A program made the position numbers and the translations under genes. A DNA stretch of 64,000 bases from Diplonema japonicum (taxonomy: Eukaryota; Protista; Euglenozoa: Diplonemea): positions 434,001 to 498,000 of the forward strand of contig OZ025664.1 in the NCBI GenBank assembly GCA_964019335.1, written 5' to 3'. The notes beneath the pieces are model-generated. The model searched no databases, was not told where the DNA came from, and saw only the letters and a list, made by a program, of their open reading frames with translations. Numbering within the stretch: the stretch's first letter is position 1; every line of letters begins with the position of its first letter. Of the stretch, positions 1 through 9,352 are shown one piece after another.

Positions 1-1
1 G

Positions 2-889
2 TGTCTTGATGTCTGGGGCTCCCTCTTGAGAAGGAAGCTGGCTCGGCACGGAACGGGGTTTATAGCAATGCTGCATGCAGCACTCGACGAAATAGAGGTC
101 GAAGCCCGAAAGGAACCCGTCATCATTCTCCCTGGATACGAAATCAGCGAGCTTTCCATAAAGCCCCCAGGATCTTTATACACCTGGAATTCTTGCAGAC
201 AGGTAACTGGAAGAGAAGCCGCTTGGCTATCACACGGAAAACGAAAATCGGACAACAAGGAAGTCACCCTTTGGATGCACCACGTACCTTGTGGGATGGG
301 AACCTCGGTGTGGATATCTATACTTTTTTTAAAAAACGGTGGTGTGGAATGGGCGTTTCAACTAGCAGAGGTCGATCCCTCAGCTGATCCAGAAACATCA
401 ACAGTGTTCTTAGGTTACCCTTTACGTGCATCGGTGGCCCGTCTTCGTGCCTTGAAAGACCCTGAAAACACAGTGTCTACCAGCACAGAGCACTACACAA
501 CATATCAGGTTTCTTTTGAAGCTTCCGAAGATGGTGGGCATGCTGCTTTGCTGCGTCTAGGCGTGCGTTGCTCTATTGGGGTGTTGAGCTTGTATATTAA
601 ATCAGAGACAGAAGATTTCCTTTCGTTCCTCAAAACCCAGCAGGTTCCTGAGCTCTTTACCATTGACACTGAGACTAAGGCGCTTGTGACACACAAAGGT
701 GTGACTCGGTACACAACAGGCTCCTGCACCGCGACGCCTTCCCCTCCAGAGACATTCCACGATGTTATTTATCTGAAGGCCGTGCGGCTGCAGCGCTACG
801 CCACGAGACATGAGGCAGATATGTCTGCGGCGCTCGTTTCTCTGATTCCTTATGGCATTCTCTCGTGGGTGCCTGCTTCGTGCAGATGA
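2..889 (+). CDS. 3' part of a hypothetical protein (5' end lies before the window)
   Basis: Frame is open from base 2 (CLDVWGSLLRRKL...) to TGA 887-889. Coding-like composition without homopolymer runs; no recognisable motif. Confidence 0.6.
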   Translation, partial: CLDVWGSLLRRKLARHGTGFIAMLHAALDEIEVEARKEPVIILPGYEISELSIKPPGSLYTWNSCRQVTGREAAWLSHGKRKSDNKEVTLWMHHVPCGMGTSVWISILFLKNGGVEWAFQLAEVDPSADPETSTVFLGYPLRASVARLRALKDPENTVSTSTEHYTTYQVSFEASEDGGHAALLRLGVRCSIGVLSLYIKSETEDFLSFLKTQQVPELFTIDTETKALVTHKGVTRYTTGSCTATPSPPETFHDVIYLKAVRLQRYATRHEADMSAALVSLIPYGILSWVPASCR

Positions 890-994
890 TTAATTGTTTC
901 TATGCTCTTTTCTTTGCTTTTTCGACATGCAATTTTTCAGGTGGTATTTACACGCTTTAAAGAAAGAGAAAAAGAAGAACAAAAAAAAGAAGGA

Positions 995-3900
995 ATGGCG
1001 GTAAAGATAGCAGCGGTGCTGCTGTTGGCGACGGCAACGAGGGGACAGCAGACCTGTTCAAACTTCGGGGATGAGGAGTCGTGTGTGAACTGGAAGTGCG
1101 ACACGGGTGTGTGCCAGTGGGAGGCGACTTTGAGGAGGTGCGGGTGCCCAACGGGGTGCTCTGTGTTCCTGAACCCGGACACCTGCAAGGGGAACCGCTG
1201 CCCTGGGACGCAGGACCCTTGTGATTGGAACAGCAACAATGACAAATGTGAGTGCTCCAGCAGGCCCTGCTCCAGCTTCACTGACGAGAAAATCTGCCGG
1301 ACAATGCAATGCCCTGGTAAGCCGAACACTCTTTGCGTGTTTGAGAACGACAAGTGCGACTGTCCTCCTGAAACATGTAAAGACCTACAAGATGAGAAAT
1401 CGTGTATGAACTTCGTCTGCCCTGACAACAAAATGCAGTGCAAGTGGAATACTCCCGCTCGTGCAAGGCATTTCTGTGATTGTCCTCCTGCTGAGACGGA
1501 GGCACCCGCCCCCAGGAACTGCTTGGACCTGCGCGACGAGAAGTCTTGTGAGAGCTTCATCTGCCCCGACAACAACATGAACTGCAAGTGGATGACCTCT
1601 TCAGCCGGGAAGCAGTTCTGCGACTGTCCTCCTCGTGAGACGAAGGCACCTGAGACGAAGGCACCCGCTCCAAGGAATTGTAAAGACTTGAGGGATGAGA
1701 GGTCTTGTGAAAACTTCATCTGCCCCGACAACAAGCTGAATTGCAAGTGGATGACTTCACCCATTGGACAGTATTGCGACTGTCCTCCTCATGAGACAGA
1801 GGCACCTGAGACGAAGGCACCTGAGACCAAGGCACCTAGGACGAAGGCACCTGAGACGAAGGCACCTGAGACCAAGGCACCTAGGACGAAGGCACCTGAG
1901 ACGAAGGCACCTAGGACGAAGGCACCTGAGACCAAGGCACCTGAGACGAAGGCACCCGCTCCAAGGAATTGTAAAGACCTGAGGGATGAGAGGTCTTGTG
2001 AAAACTTCATCTGCCCAGACAACAACATGAACTGCAAGTGGATGACTTCTTCAGCCGGGAAGCAGTTCTGCGACTGTCCTCCTCGTGAGACAAAGGCACC
2101 TGAGACGAAGACACCTGCTCCCGAGAACTGTGAGGACCTGAGGGATGAGAGGTCTTGTGAAAACTTCATCTGCCCAGACAACAAGAGAAACTGCAAATGG
2201 AATACCCCAGCTGGTGCAAAACATTTCTGTAATTGTCCTCGTGAAACTGAGGTGCCCGCCCCCAAGAACTGTGAGGACCTGCGTGACCACAAGGCCTGTG
2301 TGAACTTCGTCTGTCCTGACAACAACCTGAACTGCAGGTGGATGACCTCACCCAAGGGACAGTACTGCGACTGCCCTCCCGTCGAGACGGAGGCACCTGC
2401 ACCCGAAAGATGCGAGGACCTGCGTGACCACAAGGCCTGTGTGAACTTCGTCTGTCCCGACAACAAGCTGAACTGCAAGTGGATCGAGAACTCTTCAACT
2501 GGTAAGCAGTTCTGCGACTGCCCCCAACGTGAGACGAAGGCACCTGAGACGAAGACACCTGCTCCCGAGAATTGCGAGGACTTGAGGGATGAGAGGTCTT
2601 GTGAAAACTTCATCTGCCCCGACAACAAGTTGAACTGCAAGTGGATGACTTCACCCAATGGACAGTATTGCGACTGTCCTCCTCGTGAAACAGAGGCACC
2701 TGAGACGAAGGTACCCGCCCCCAAGAACTGTGAGGACTTGAGGGATGAGAGGTCTTGTGAAAGATTTATGTGTCCTGACAACAACATGAACTGCAAGTGG
2801 ATGACTTCTTCAGCCGGGAAGCAGTTCTGCGACTGTCCTCCTCGTGAGACAAAGGCACCTGAGACGAAGACACCTGCTCCCGAGAACTGTGAGGACCTGA
2901 GGGATGAGAGGTCTTGTGAAAACTTCATCTGCCCAGACAACAAGAGGAACTGCAAATGGAATACCCCAGCTGGTGCAAAACATTTCTGTAATTGTCCTCG
3001 TGAAACTGAGGTGCCCGCCCCCAAGAACTGTGAGGACCTGCGCGACCACAAGGCCTGTGTGAACTTCGTCTGTCCTGACAACAACCTGAACTGCAGGTGG
3101 ATGACCTCACCCAAGGGACAGTACTGCGACTGCCCTCCCGTCGAGACGGAGGTGCCCGCACCCGAAAGATGCGAGGACCTGCGTGACCACAAGGCCTGTG
3201 TGAACTTCGTCTGTCCCGACAACAACCTGAACTGCAGGTGGGTGACCTCTTCGGCCGGGAAACAGTATTGCGACTGTCCTCCTCGTGAGACAAAGGCACC
3301 TGAGACGAAGGCACCCGCTCCAAGGAACTGTGAGGACCTGCGTGACCACAAAGCCTGTGTGAACTTCGTCTGTCCTGACAACAACCTGAACTGCGAATGG
3401 ATGACCTCTTCGGCCGGGAAACAGTACTGCGACTGCCCGCGTCGCGAAACGGAAGCCCCTCCCGCGCTGTCCTGCGGTGAGCACGAGTCCCCGGATGACT
3501 GCATGTCGCACTGGTGCGTTGACGAGAAGAAGAAGAGGTGTGAATGGGTGAGGTCGAAGGAAACGGGGAAGGAGTACTGCGACTGCCCTCCGGATGTGAC
3601 GCCGGTGCCCGCTCCCGAGGTCTGCGAGGATGTGGACACCGAGAGGGAGTGCGTGAACTTTTTGTGCCCGCGGAACAAGCAGAGGTGCCAGTGGACGTCG
3701 ACCCCAGTTGCTGGTGGGGGGAAGGGAAGCTGCAAGTGTCCACCGGAAACCTGTGCGGACCTCCCGAAAGAGCAGTGCAGAGAGCAGGCGTGCCCGAACT
3801 TCCCCGCGATGAAGTGCGACTGGGTGGAGGACGCGGCCGGTTCGAGGTGCGAGTGCCCCCCTCCTGACAGCTGCGCCGTGTTCACGGAGACCTGCGAGCA

Positions 3901-6900
3901 GCAACCCTGTCCCGAGAACCCCTCTCAGATGTGCTTTCGGAACCAGGTGGGGGTGTGCGACTGTCCGAAGGTGGCGCGTCCCTGCAAGGACTTCGACAGG
4001 GAGCAGTGCCAGAAGCAGAAGTGTGCGACGGCCCCCGATGTGGACTGTGCTTGGGCGGAGGACTTGGAGGAGTGCACGTGCCCGGAGGCGAAGGCTTGCT
4101 CGGAACACGGCCCTGCGAGGTGCCCTCGCGAGTCGTGCCCCGAGGACAGTACGAGGCGTTGCTTCTGGGACAAGCACACGGAGGCCTGCGACTGTCTCCC
4201 CCCGAAGGACCCCTGCAACTTGGTGGCGGACAAGGAGAAGTGTGTGAAGACGGAGTGCCCCGACAAGAAGGCGCTCTCGATGATGCTGACGGGTAGCGAG
4301 GCGACGCCCACGACCACCCTGTGCGAGTGGGACGACCGGACGAAGCACTGCAGCTGTGGGTCGTCGTCGTCGTCGTCGTGCAGGAGCCTGCAGAGACCCG
4401 AGGACTGCAACGGGAAGAAGTGCCCGGACAACGCGGACAGTTTGTGCTACTGGGACTCCTCGAGGGACCTGTGCGACTGTTTGGAGAAGGAGACCTGCAG
4501 GGACAAGACGAGGGAGAAGTGCAGCGGGGAGTGTCCCGAGAACCCCGCGAACACGTGCAGGTGGAACAGGGCTCTGGACACGTGCGAGTGCGTGGCGAAG
4601 CAGAACAGCTGCCGCGACATCCGGGTGAGGAAGGACTGCTACGGGGAGTGCAAGGTGAACGGGCAGGACAGCAAGTGCTACTGGGACGGGTTGACGTCGA
4701 CCTGTGACTGCTACACCCCGCACGTCGGATCCTGCGGAGACTACACGTCGCCCAGCCTGTGCACGGGGCAGTGCCCCGAGAACAAGGACGAGGCCTGCTC
4801 CTGGAACAGGTTCACCGACCGGTGCGAGTGCGGTCGGGAAGGCTGCAAGCGCTACCCGACCAGCGTGTGCGAGAAGATGCCGTGCCCGGACTACCCGAAC
4901 ATGAGGTGCGAGGTGGACCGCCTCACAGGGACGTGCGACTGCCCGAGGCAGCAGAAGACCTGTCGGGATCTGAGCATGACCTCGTGCTACGGGAGGTGCC
5001 CGGAGAAGCCGGAGCTGGAATGCAGGTGGGACAAGGCGGAGCAGGTGTGCGGGTGCCACGACCCGACCCCGGCACCCACGCCCGCCCCCACCTCGGAGAA
5101 GAGGTGTTCCGACATCAAGGAGCAGGAGAGGTGCCTCGGGAGGTGTCCGAACAACTGGGCCGGGTGGTGTGCGTGGGACGAGAAGGCGAAGAGGTGCGGG
5201 TGCGAGTCTGGTGGGGTGGAGCGCTGCAGCGACATCGCTGTGAGGGAGCTGTGCGTCGGGACTTGTCCGGAGAACCCGCGCTCTGTGTGTCGGTGGAAGA
5301 AGGAGGATCACGGGATGGGGGGCTGTCGGTGCGCTGATGCTGCAACCCCGTCGCCCACCCCGGCTCCGACCTGGCCTGTCGAGAAGTGCTCGCACATCAC
5401 CTCGATGGAGAACTGCAAGGGGGTGTGTCCCGAGGACAAGAGCAGCATCTGCGTCTGGAAGGAGGAGAAGTGCGGGTGCTTCAACGGGGGATTGAAGAAG
5501 TGCGAGCAGATCCTGGACCGAGATTTGTGTTTCGGGACGTGTCCGGAGGACCACATGAGCACCTGCAAGTGGAACCTGGAGGGAAACTGGTGCGGGTGCG
5601 CCCCCGTGGTCCACAAGTGCAGCGAGCACAGCTCTCCGTCGACGTGCAGGGGGAGGTGTCCCGAGAACCCGGACAGCCTGTGCATCTGGAACCGGAGGCG
5701 CGACTCGTGCGAGTGCATGGTGGACACGCTTCGGACGTGCAAGGAGCTCCCTAAGAGGTCGTGCCTGGGGGTGTGCCCGGAGAACGGAAGCGGGAGGTGC
5801 ACCTGGAACGAGGACATCGGGGTGTGCGGGTGTCGAGAGGAAGCGAAGAGGTGTGCGGACTACGGGTCGGCGAGCGAGTGTGTGGGGATGTGCCCGGAGA
5901 ACAGGGACCGACAGTGCTACTGGGACGATTCGAGGGCGACCTGCGACTGCGCGGACCCGAACCCGAAGTCGTGCAGGGCGATCTCAAGCCCGAAGCTCTG
6001 CAACGGGGTGTGCCCCGAGGACCACACCTCGAGGTGCGGGTGGACCGATTCCCACGGCTGCGACTGCAGGGGAGCGGAATCCTGCGAGCAGCTCTCCCTT
6101 GAGCAGTGCAACGGACAGGAGTGCCCGACCGACCCGAAGAACGCTTGTCTCTGGAACTCCCGGCACCGAAGGTGCTCCTGCCAGTCTCCGGACCCCTGCC
6201 GCTACCGCCCGTACGAGACCTGCTCCGGTCGCTGTCCGGAGGACCCGACGATGTCCTGTGCTTGGAACCACGCCTCCTCCACCTGCGGCTGCGGTGGACC
6301 AGGGAGGACCTGCAGGGCGCTTCCACGAGAGCGGTGTGGCGGGTTGTGCCCCGAGGACCCGACCGCAAACTCCAGGTGCTTCTGGAACCACCGCCTGAAC
6401 AGCTGCGACTGCGGAGACAGACACCCCCCCAGAAGCTGCAGCGACTTCAGCAACACCCACAAGGACCTCTGTGAACAGCAGAGGTGTCCTTACGACATAG
6501 CGTCAACCCTTGTGGCGGCGACTCCTGCGTGGCAGCTGCAAGGAAGGAGGTGCGAGTGGGACGCGAGGGACAACACCTGCGGCTGCCCAGTGGGCAACAA
6601 GGCCTGCAAGTGGCGTTCGCAGAGGGAGTGCAGGGGAACGTGTCCGGAAGACGACAGCAAAGACTGCGTTTGGAGGGAATTGGGTGTGGTTGGAGTGGAC
6701 GACCAGCAGCTGGTGGCGAGCAGCATCGCGATACACAGCAGGGGAAGGTGTGACTGTGCAGAAAGGCAGGAACCGAAAGAGTGCAGGTACTGGAGCAAGG
6801 ACGTGTGCCGCCGTATGCAGTGCCCCGACGACCACCAACAGAACTGCGTGTGGAGCGACCGCTCGGGTTCGTGCGAGTGCCCCAAGGCTGTGCGCTATTG

Positions 6901-7936
6901 TAAGGACCACCTTACTTACGAGACGTGCACGGGTCCGTGTCCCGAGGGGGGGAACTCGAAGTGCTATTGGAACCGTGCGGCCGGTCACTGCGACTGCTAC
7001 CAACCCGTGGAGGCGTGCAGCCACTACAACCAGCTGGAGTGCGGGCGGAGGCAGTGTCCCGAGGAGCCGACGAAGCGCTGCAGGTGGAGCAGCGTGAGGG
7101 ACGCGTGTGAGTGCCCGCGAGATCAGCCACCGAGGTCGTGTGCAGTGTTCAACAGCAGCCCGCGCCTCTGCGAGGCTTCGCGGTGCCCCGAGGACATGAC
7201 GAAGAACTGCCGCTGGAACGGAAGGAGCTGCGGGTGCGACGACAAGCCGCCCTCCTCGTGCGGGGAGATCGGGGACGCGAGGACGTGCGTGACGAGCAGG
7301 TGCCCCGAAAACAAGGAGATGAAGTGCGAGTGGAGCGGGACCCTGCAGACCTGCCACTGCCCCCCAACAACGCAGAGGAACTGCTCCATGTTCACGACCC
7401 CCGGGGTGTGCGTGAGGCAGACCTGTCCCGACGAGAAGGGGAAGCAGTGCATGTGGACGGGCAAGGGGTGCGAGTGCGACAAGCGCGTGAAGAGCTGCAG
7501 GGAACACAGGACGGAGGAGGACTGCTGCGGGACGTGTCCGGAGGACAACGAGAAGAAGTGCAAGTGGGACAAGAGGAGGAATGAATGCGGGTGTGTGGAA
7601 GGGGAGGTCCCGCCGCCGCCTCCACCGAAGAAGTGCTGTGAGGCGAAGGAGGAGCCCGGGAAGTATGGGAACCCGTTTTGCTTCGAGGGACACCGGTGCT
7701 GCGCGAACACGGGGAAGTGGGTGTGCGGGAATGGCTCGGGTGTGGTGGACTGCGGGAACGGGAACGCGGACTACGGAGAGGCTTGCCCCTGCAGGGACGG
7801 GGAGTGCAGGGACTGCAAGGGGACCTGCGTGATAGGGGCAGAGGTCCTCTGCTTCGCCAACCCGTGCACCTTCGCAAAGTGCCCTTCAAGATGCCGAGCC
7901 AACTACTGCAACGGATGCAACGCCTGCTGCGAGTAA
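995..7936 (+). CDS. Giant secreted cysteine-rich repeat protein, copy 1 (~2,313 aa, ~49 six-Cys modules)
   Basis: ATG 995 gives the signal peptide MAVKIAAVLLLATATRG. The ORF extension from 902 is pyrimidine/A-rich UTR with a probable acceptor AG at 939-940. Recurrent module C-x7/8-C-x3/4-CP-x5/6-C-x-W-x4/9-C-x-C; no TM or GPI tail; intronless. Confidence 0.9.
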   Translation: MAVKIAAVLLLATATRGQQTCSNFGDEESCVNWKCDTGVCQWEATLRRCGCPTGCSVFLNPDTCKGNRCPGTQDPCDWNSNNDKCECSSRPCSSFTDEKICRTMQCPGKPNTLCVFENDKCDCPPETCKDLQDEKSCMNFVCPDNKMQCKWNTPARARHFCDCPPAETEAPAPRNCLDLRDEKSCESFICPDNNMNCKWMTSSAGKQFCDCPPRETKAPETKAPAPRNCKDLRDERSCENFICPDNKLNCKWMTSPIGQYCDCPPHETEAPETKAPETKAPRTKAPETKAPETKAPRTKAPETKAPRTKAPETKAPETKAPAPRNCKDLRDERSCENFICPDNNMNCKWMTSSAGKQFCDCPPRETKAPETKTPAPENCEDLRDERSCENFICPDNKRNCKWNTPAGAKHFCNCPRETEVPAPKNCEDLRDHKACVNFVCPDNNLNCRWMTSPKGQYCDCPPVETEAPAPERCEDLRDHKACVNFVCPDNKLNCKWIENSSTGKQFCDCPQRETKAPETKTPAPENCEDLRDERSCENFICPDNKLNCKWMTSPNGQYCDCPPRETEAPETKVPAPKNCEDLRDERSCERFMCPDNNMNCKWMTSSAGKQFCDCPPRETKAPETKTPAPENCEDLRDERSCENFICPDNKRNCKWNTPAGAKHFCNCPRETEVPAPKNCEDLRDHKACVNFVCPDNNLNCRWMTSPKGQYCDCPPVETEVPAPERCEDLRDHKACVNFVCPDNNLNCRWVTSSAGKQYCDCPPRETKAPETKAPAPRNCEDLRDHKACVNFVCPDNNLNCEWMTSSAGKQYCDCPRRETEAPPALSCGEHESPDDCMSHWCVDEKKKRCEWVRSKETGKEYCDCPPDVTPVPAPEVCEDVDTERECVNFLCPRNKQRCQWTSTPVAGGGKGSCKCPPETCADLPKEQCREQACPNFPAMKCDWVEDAAGSRCECPPPDSCAVFTETCEQQPCPENPSQMCFRNQVGVCDCPKVARPCKDFDREQCQKQKCATAPDVDCAWAEDLEECTCPEAKACSEHGPARCPRESCPEDSTRRCFWDKHTEACDCLPPKDPCNLVADKEKCVKTECPDKKALSMMLTGSEATPTTTLCEWDDRTKHCSCGSSSSSSCRSLQRPEDCNGKKCPDNADSLCYWDSSRDLCDCLEKETCRDKTREKCSGECPENPANTCRWNRALDTCECVAKQNSCRDIRVRKDCYGECKVNGQDSKCYWDGLTSTCDCYTPHVGSCGDYTSPSLCTGQCPENKDEACSWNRFTDRCECGREGCKRYPTSVCEKMPCPDYPNMRCEVDRLTGTCDCPRQQKTCRDLSMTSCYGRCPEKPELECRWDKAEQVCGCHDPTPAPTPAPTSEKRCSDIKEQERCLGRCPNNWAGWCAWDEKAKRCGCESGGVERCSDIAVRELCVGTCPENPRSVCRWKKEDHGMGGCRCADAATPSPTPAPTWPVEKCSHITSMENCKGVCPEDKSSICVWKEEKCGCFNGGLKKCEQILDRDLCFGTCPEDHMSTCKWNLEGNWCGCAPVVHKCSEHSSPSTCRGRCPENPDSLCIWNRRRDSCECMVDTLRTCKELPKRSCLGVCPENGSGRCTWNEDIGVCGCREEAKRCADYGSASECVGMCPENRDRQCYWDDSRATCDCADPNPKSCRAISSPKLCNGVCPEDHTSRCGWTDSHGCDCRGAESCEQLSLEQCNGQECPTDPKNACLWNSRHRRCSCQSPDPCRYRPYETCSGRCPEDPTMSCAWNHASSTCGCGGPGRTCRALPRERCGGLCPEDPTANSRCFWNHRLNSCDCGDRHPPRSCSDFSNTHKDLCEQQRCPYDIASTLVAATPAWQLQGRRCEWDARDNTCGCPVGNKACKWRSQRECRGTCPEDDSKDCVWRELGVVGVDDQQLVASSIAIHSRGRCDCAERQEPKECRYWSKDVCRRMQCPDDHQQNCVWSDRSGSCECPKAVRYCKDHLTYETCTGPCPEGGNSKCYWNRAAGHCDCYQPVEACSHYNQLECGRRQCPEEPTKRCRWSSVRDACECPRDQPPRSCAVFNSSPRLCEASRCPEDMTKNCRWNGRSCGCDDKPPSSCGEIGDARTCVTSRCPENKEMKCEWSGTLQTCHCPPTTQRNCSMFTTPGVCVRQTCPDEKGKQCMWTGKGCECDKRVKSCREHRTEEDCCGTCPEDNEKKCKWDKRRNECGCVEGEVPPPPPPKKCCEAKEEPGKYGNPFCFEGHRCCANTGKWVCGNGSGVVDCGNGNADYGEACPCRDGECRDCKGTCVIGAEVLCFANPCTFAKCPSRCRANYCNGCNACCE
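1793..1957 (+). repeat. Coding 15-bp minisatellite, 11 units (E/R)TKAP (also 12903-13067, 24013-24177)
   Basis: GAGACGAAGGCACCT / AGGACGAAGGCACCT units read directly; Thr/Pro-rich mucin-like linker. Confidence 0.95.
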
Positions 7937-8416
7937 GAACGCAAGCGAAAGAACTTTAAAAAAAATATATGAAAGTGTAAACAGTCCCGTGACGAGCTGA
8001 ACACGATTCTGGACGGGAGAAGGAACAAGACAAGGCACTGATCAAGCCGCTTGAAAAAGATAAAGGAGGGGAATGGGATCGAGGACGGAGTAGATTTCGA
8101 GTCTCGTGCCCCCCCACACCCCCCCTTCCCTTTTTTTTATATAACACCCTTGGATAATGCTGATTGTCACCCCACCCCTTTTTTTATTAAAAATTAAGAA
8201 GAAGAAAGAGCAAGAAGAAGTACCTGGGATCAATGTTTCTTTTTTTTTTTTTTTTTTTTGGCCATCTGAGGCCATTCCGGCGCTTAAGGGTGGGAATAAG
8301 AGCTTTACTTCCCCTTAAAATGCCGTGGCGAAATAGCTGCCCCGTATTGCCTTAGGGAAATCCCCAAAAAAGCTGTCCCGTGTGAGGAAAACAGCAGTGA
8401 GAGCGACTCAAATGGC

Positions 8417-8486
8417 GAAGAGTGAAATGAAACGACTTACTTGCCGCCAAATGAGCCATTATTTGTTGACAATAAATAGCTATTTA
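8417..8486 (-). mobile_element. Truncated end of the palindrome+TIR element family of 53277-54012 (second copy 19527-19596)
   Basis: Reverse complement reads TAAATAGCTATTTATTGTCAACAAATAATGGCTCATTTGGCGGCAAGTAAGTCGTTTCATTTCACTCTTC. It aligns with 53278-53307 plus 53388-53422, with the inner 80-bp hairpin deleted. Confidence 0.7.
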
Positions 8487-8653
8487 TGTAATAACTTGAT
8501 GTGGTTCTATTAGAATCTCTACTTCTTCTGTTCTCTTTTTTTTTTTTTTTTTTTTTTTTCAAAGCTTGCTCTTAATATTTTTTCACCCCCATCCCTCTCT
8601 CTCTTTTTAACAAAATTTTATCCCTCCCTCCTTTTTTTTTTCTTTTTTTTAGT

Positions 8654-9352
8654 TTACAGAGGGAAGCGGCCAAGGAGGACAAGGACAGGCTCGAGAAGAC
8701 CCAGCGTTACCTGCTGGCTGTGGTGGGGGAACGCGACGCAGCCTTGCAGGCAAAGAGGCAGCAGATCTACCGGACACACCAATGGCTGGAGATCACGGAG
8801 GGGGAGGCACACCCAGCACCAACAGAGGAGGAGTTCGCGAGGCTGCAGACCGGCAACACCCTGAAGGAGTACACGAAACCGGTGCAGAAATGGCACAAGC
8901 AGCTGCGCTGGTATGGAGGGAACAGAAGCACGGCAGTGTCGACGGTGGAGCTGGCGCTGGATTTCGAAAACGTGACCCAGAAATCCCTTGGAGGGAAGCT
9001 AGGGGAGTTGGCAGAGGTGCGACAGAAGGCCAGGAGACTGCACACGGTGATGAAGAAGGTGTGGAACACATGGGAACTAGGGAGACTGCAGAAGAAGGTG
9101 AAAGGAAGGAGGGCCTTCCCTGCTGAACCATGCAAGAGAGTACATACGCTGCGATCAATCGGAGGGACGAAGGCGGTGATCGGGTGGAGTAGAAGAGCAA
9201 TCTTTGCATCAACGAAGACCAAGTACGACCTGGAGGAGCTGGGGAAGCAATGGGCAAAGGAAAGAAGGGAAAAAGTAGCCAAGCTGGGGAGGAGGCCGGC
9301 ACGACCACCGAAGAAGGAGAAACCGCTGCTGAAGGGGGATAGGTGCAGGTAG
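8654..9352 (+). mobile_element. Probable 5'-truncated non-LTR retrotransposon ORF, C-terminal part (second copy 19764-20462)
   Basis: ATG-less, purine-rich open frame starting abruptly after a T-tract (LQREAAKEDKDRLEKTQRYLLAVVGER...LRWYGG...VSTVELALDFE...TLRSIG). It resembles, from memory only, the post-RNase H tail of protist LINE-like ORFs; no RT motif is present. Confidence 0.45.

Noticed and set aside
1793-1957. Regular short repeats that could be taken for a CRISPR array
   Set aside because: Head-to-tail 15-bp in-frame coding units without unique spacers; eukaryotic context and no cas genes.
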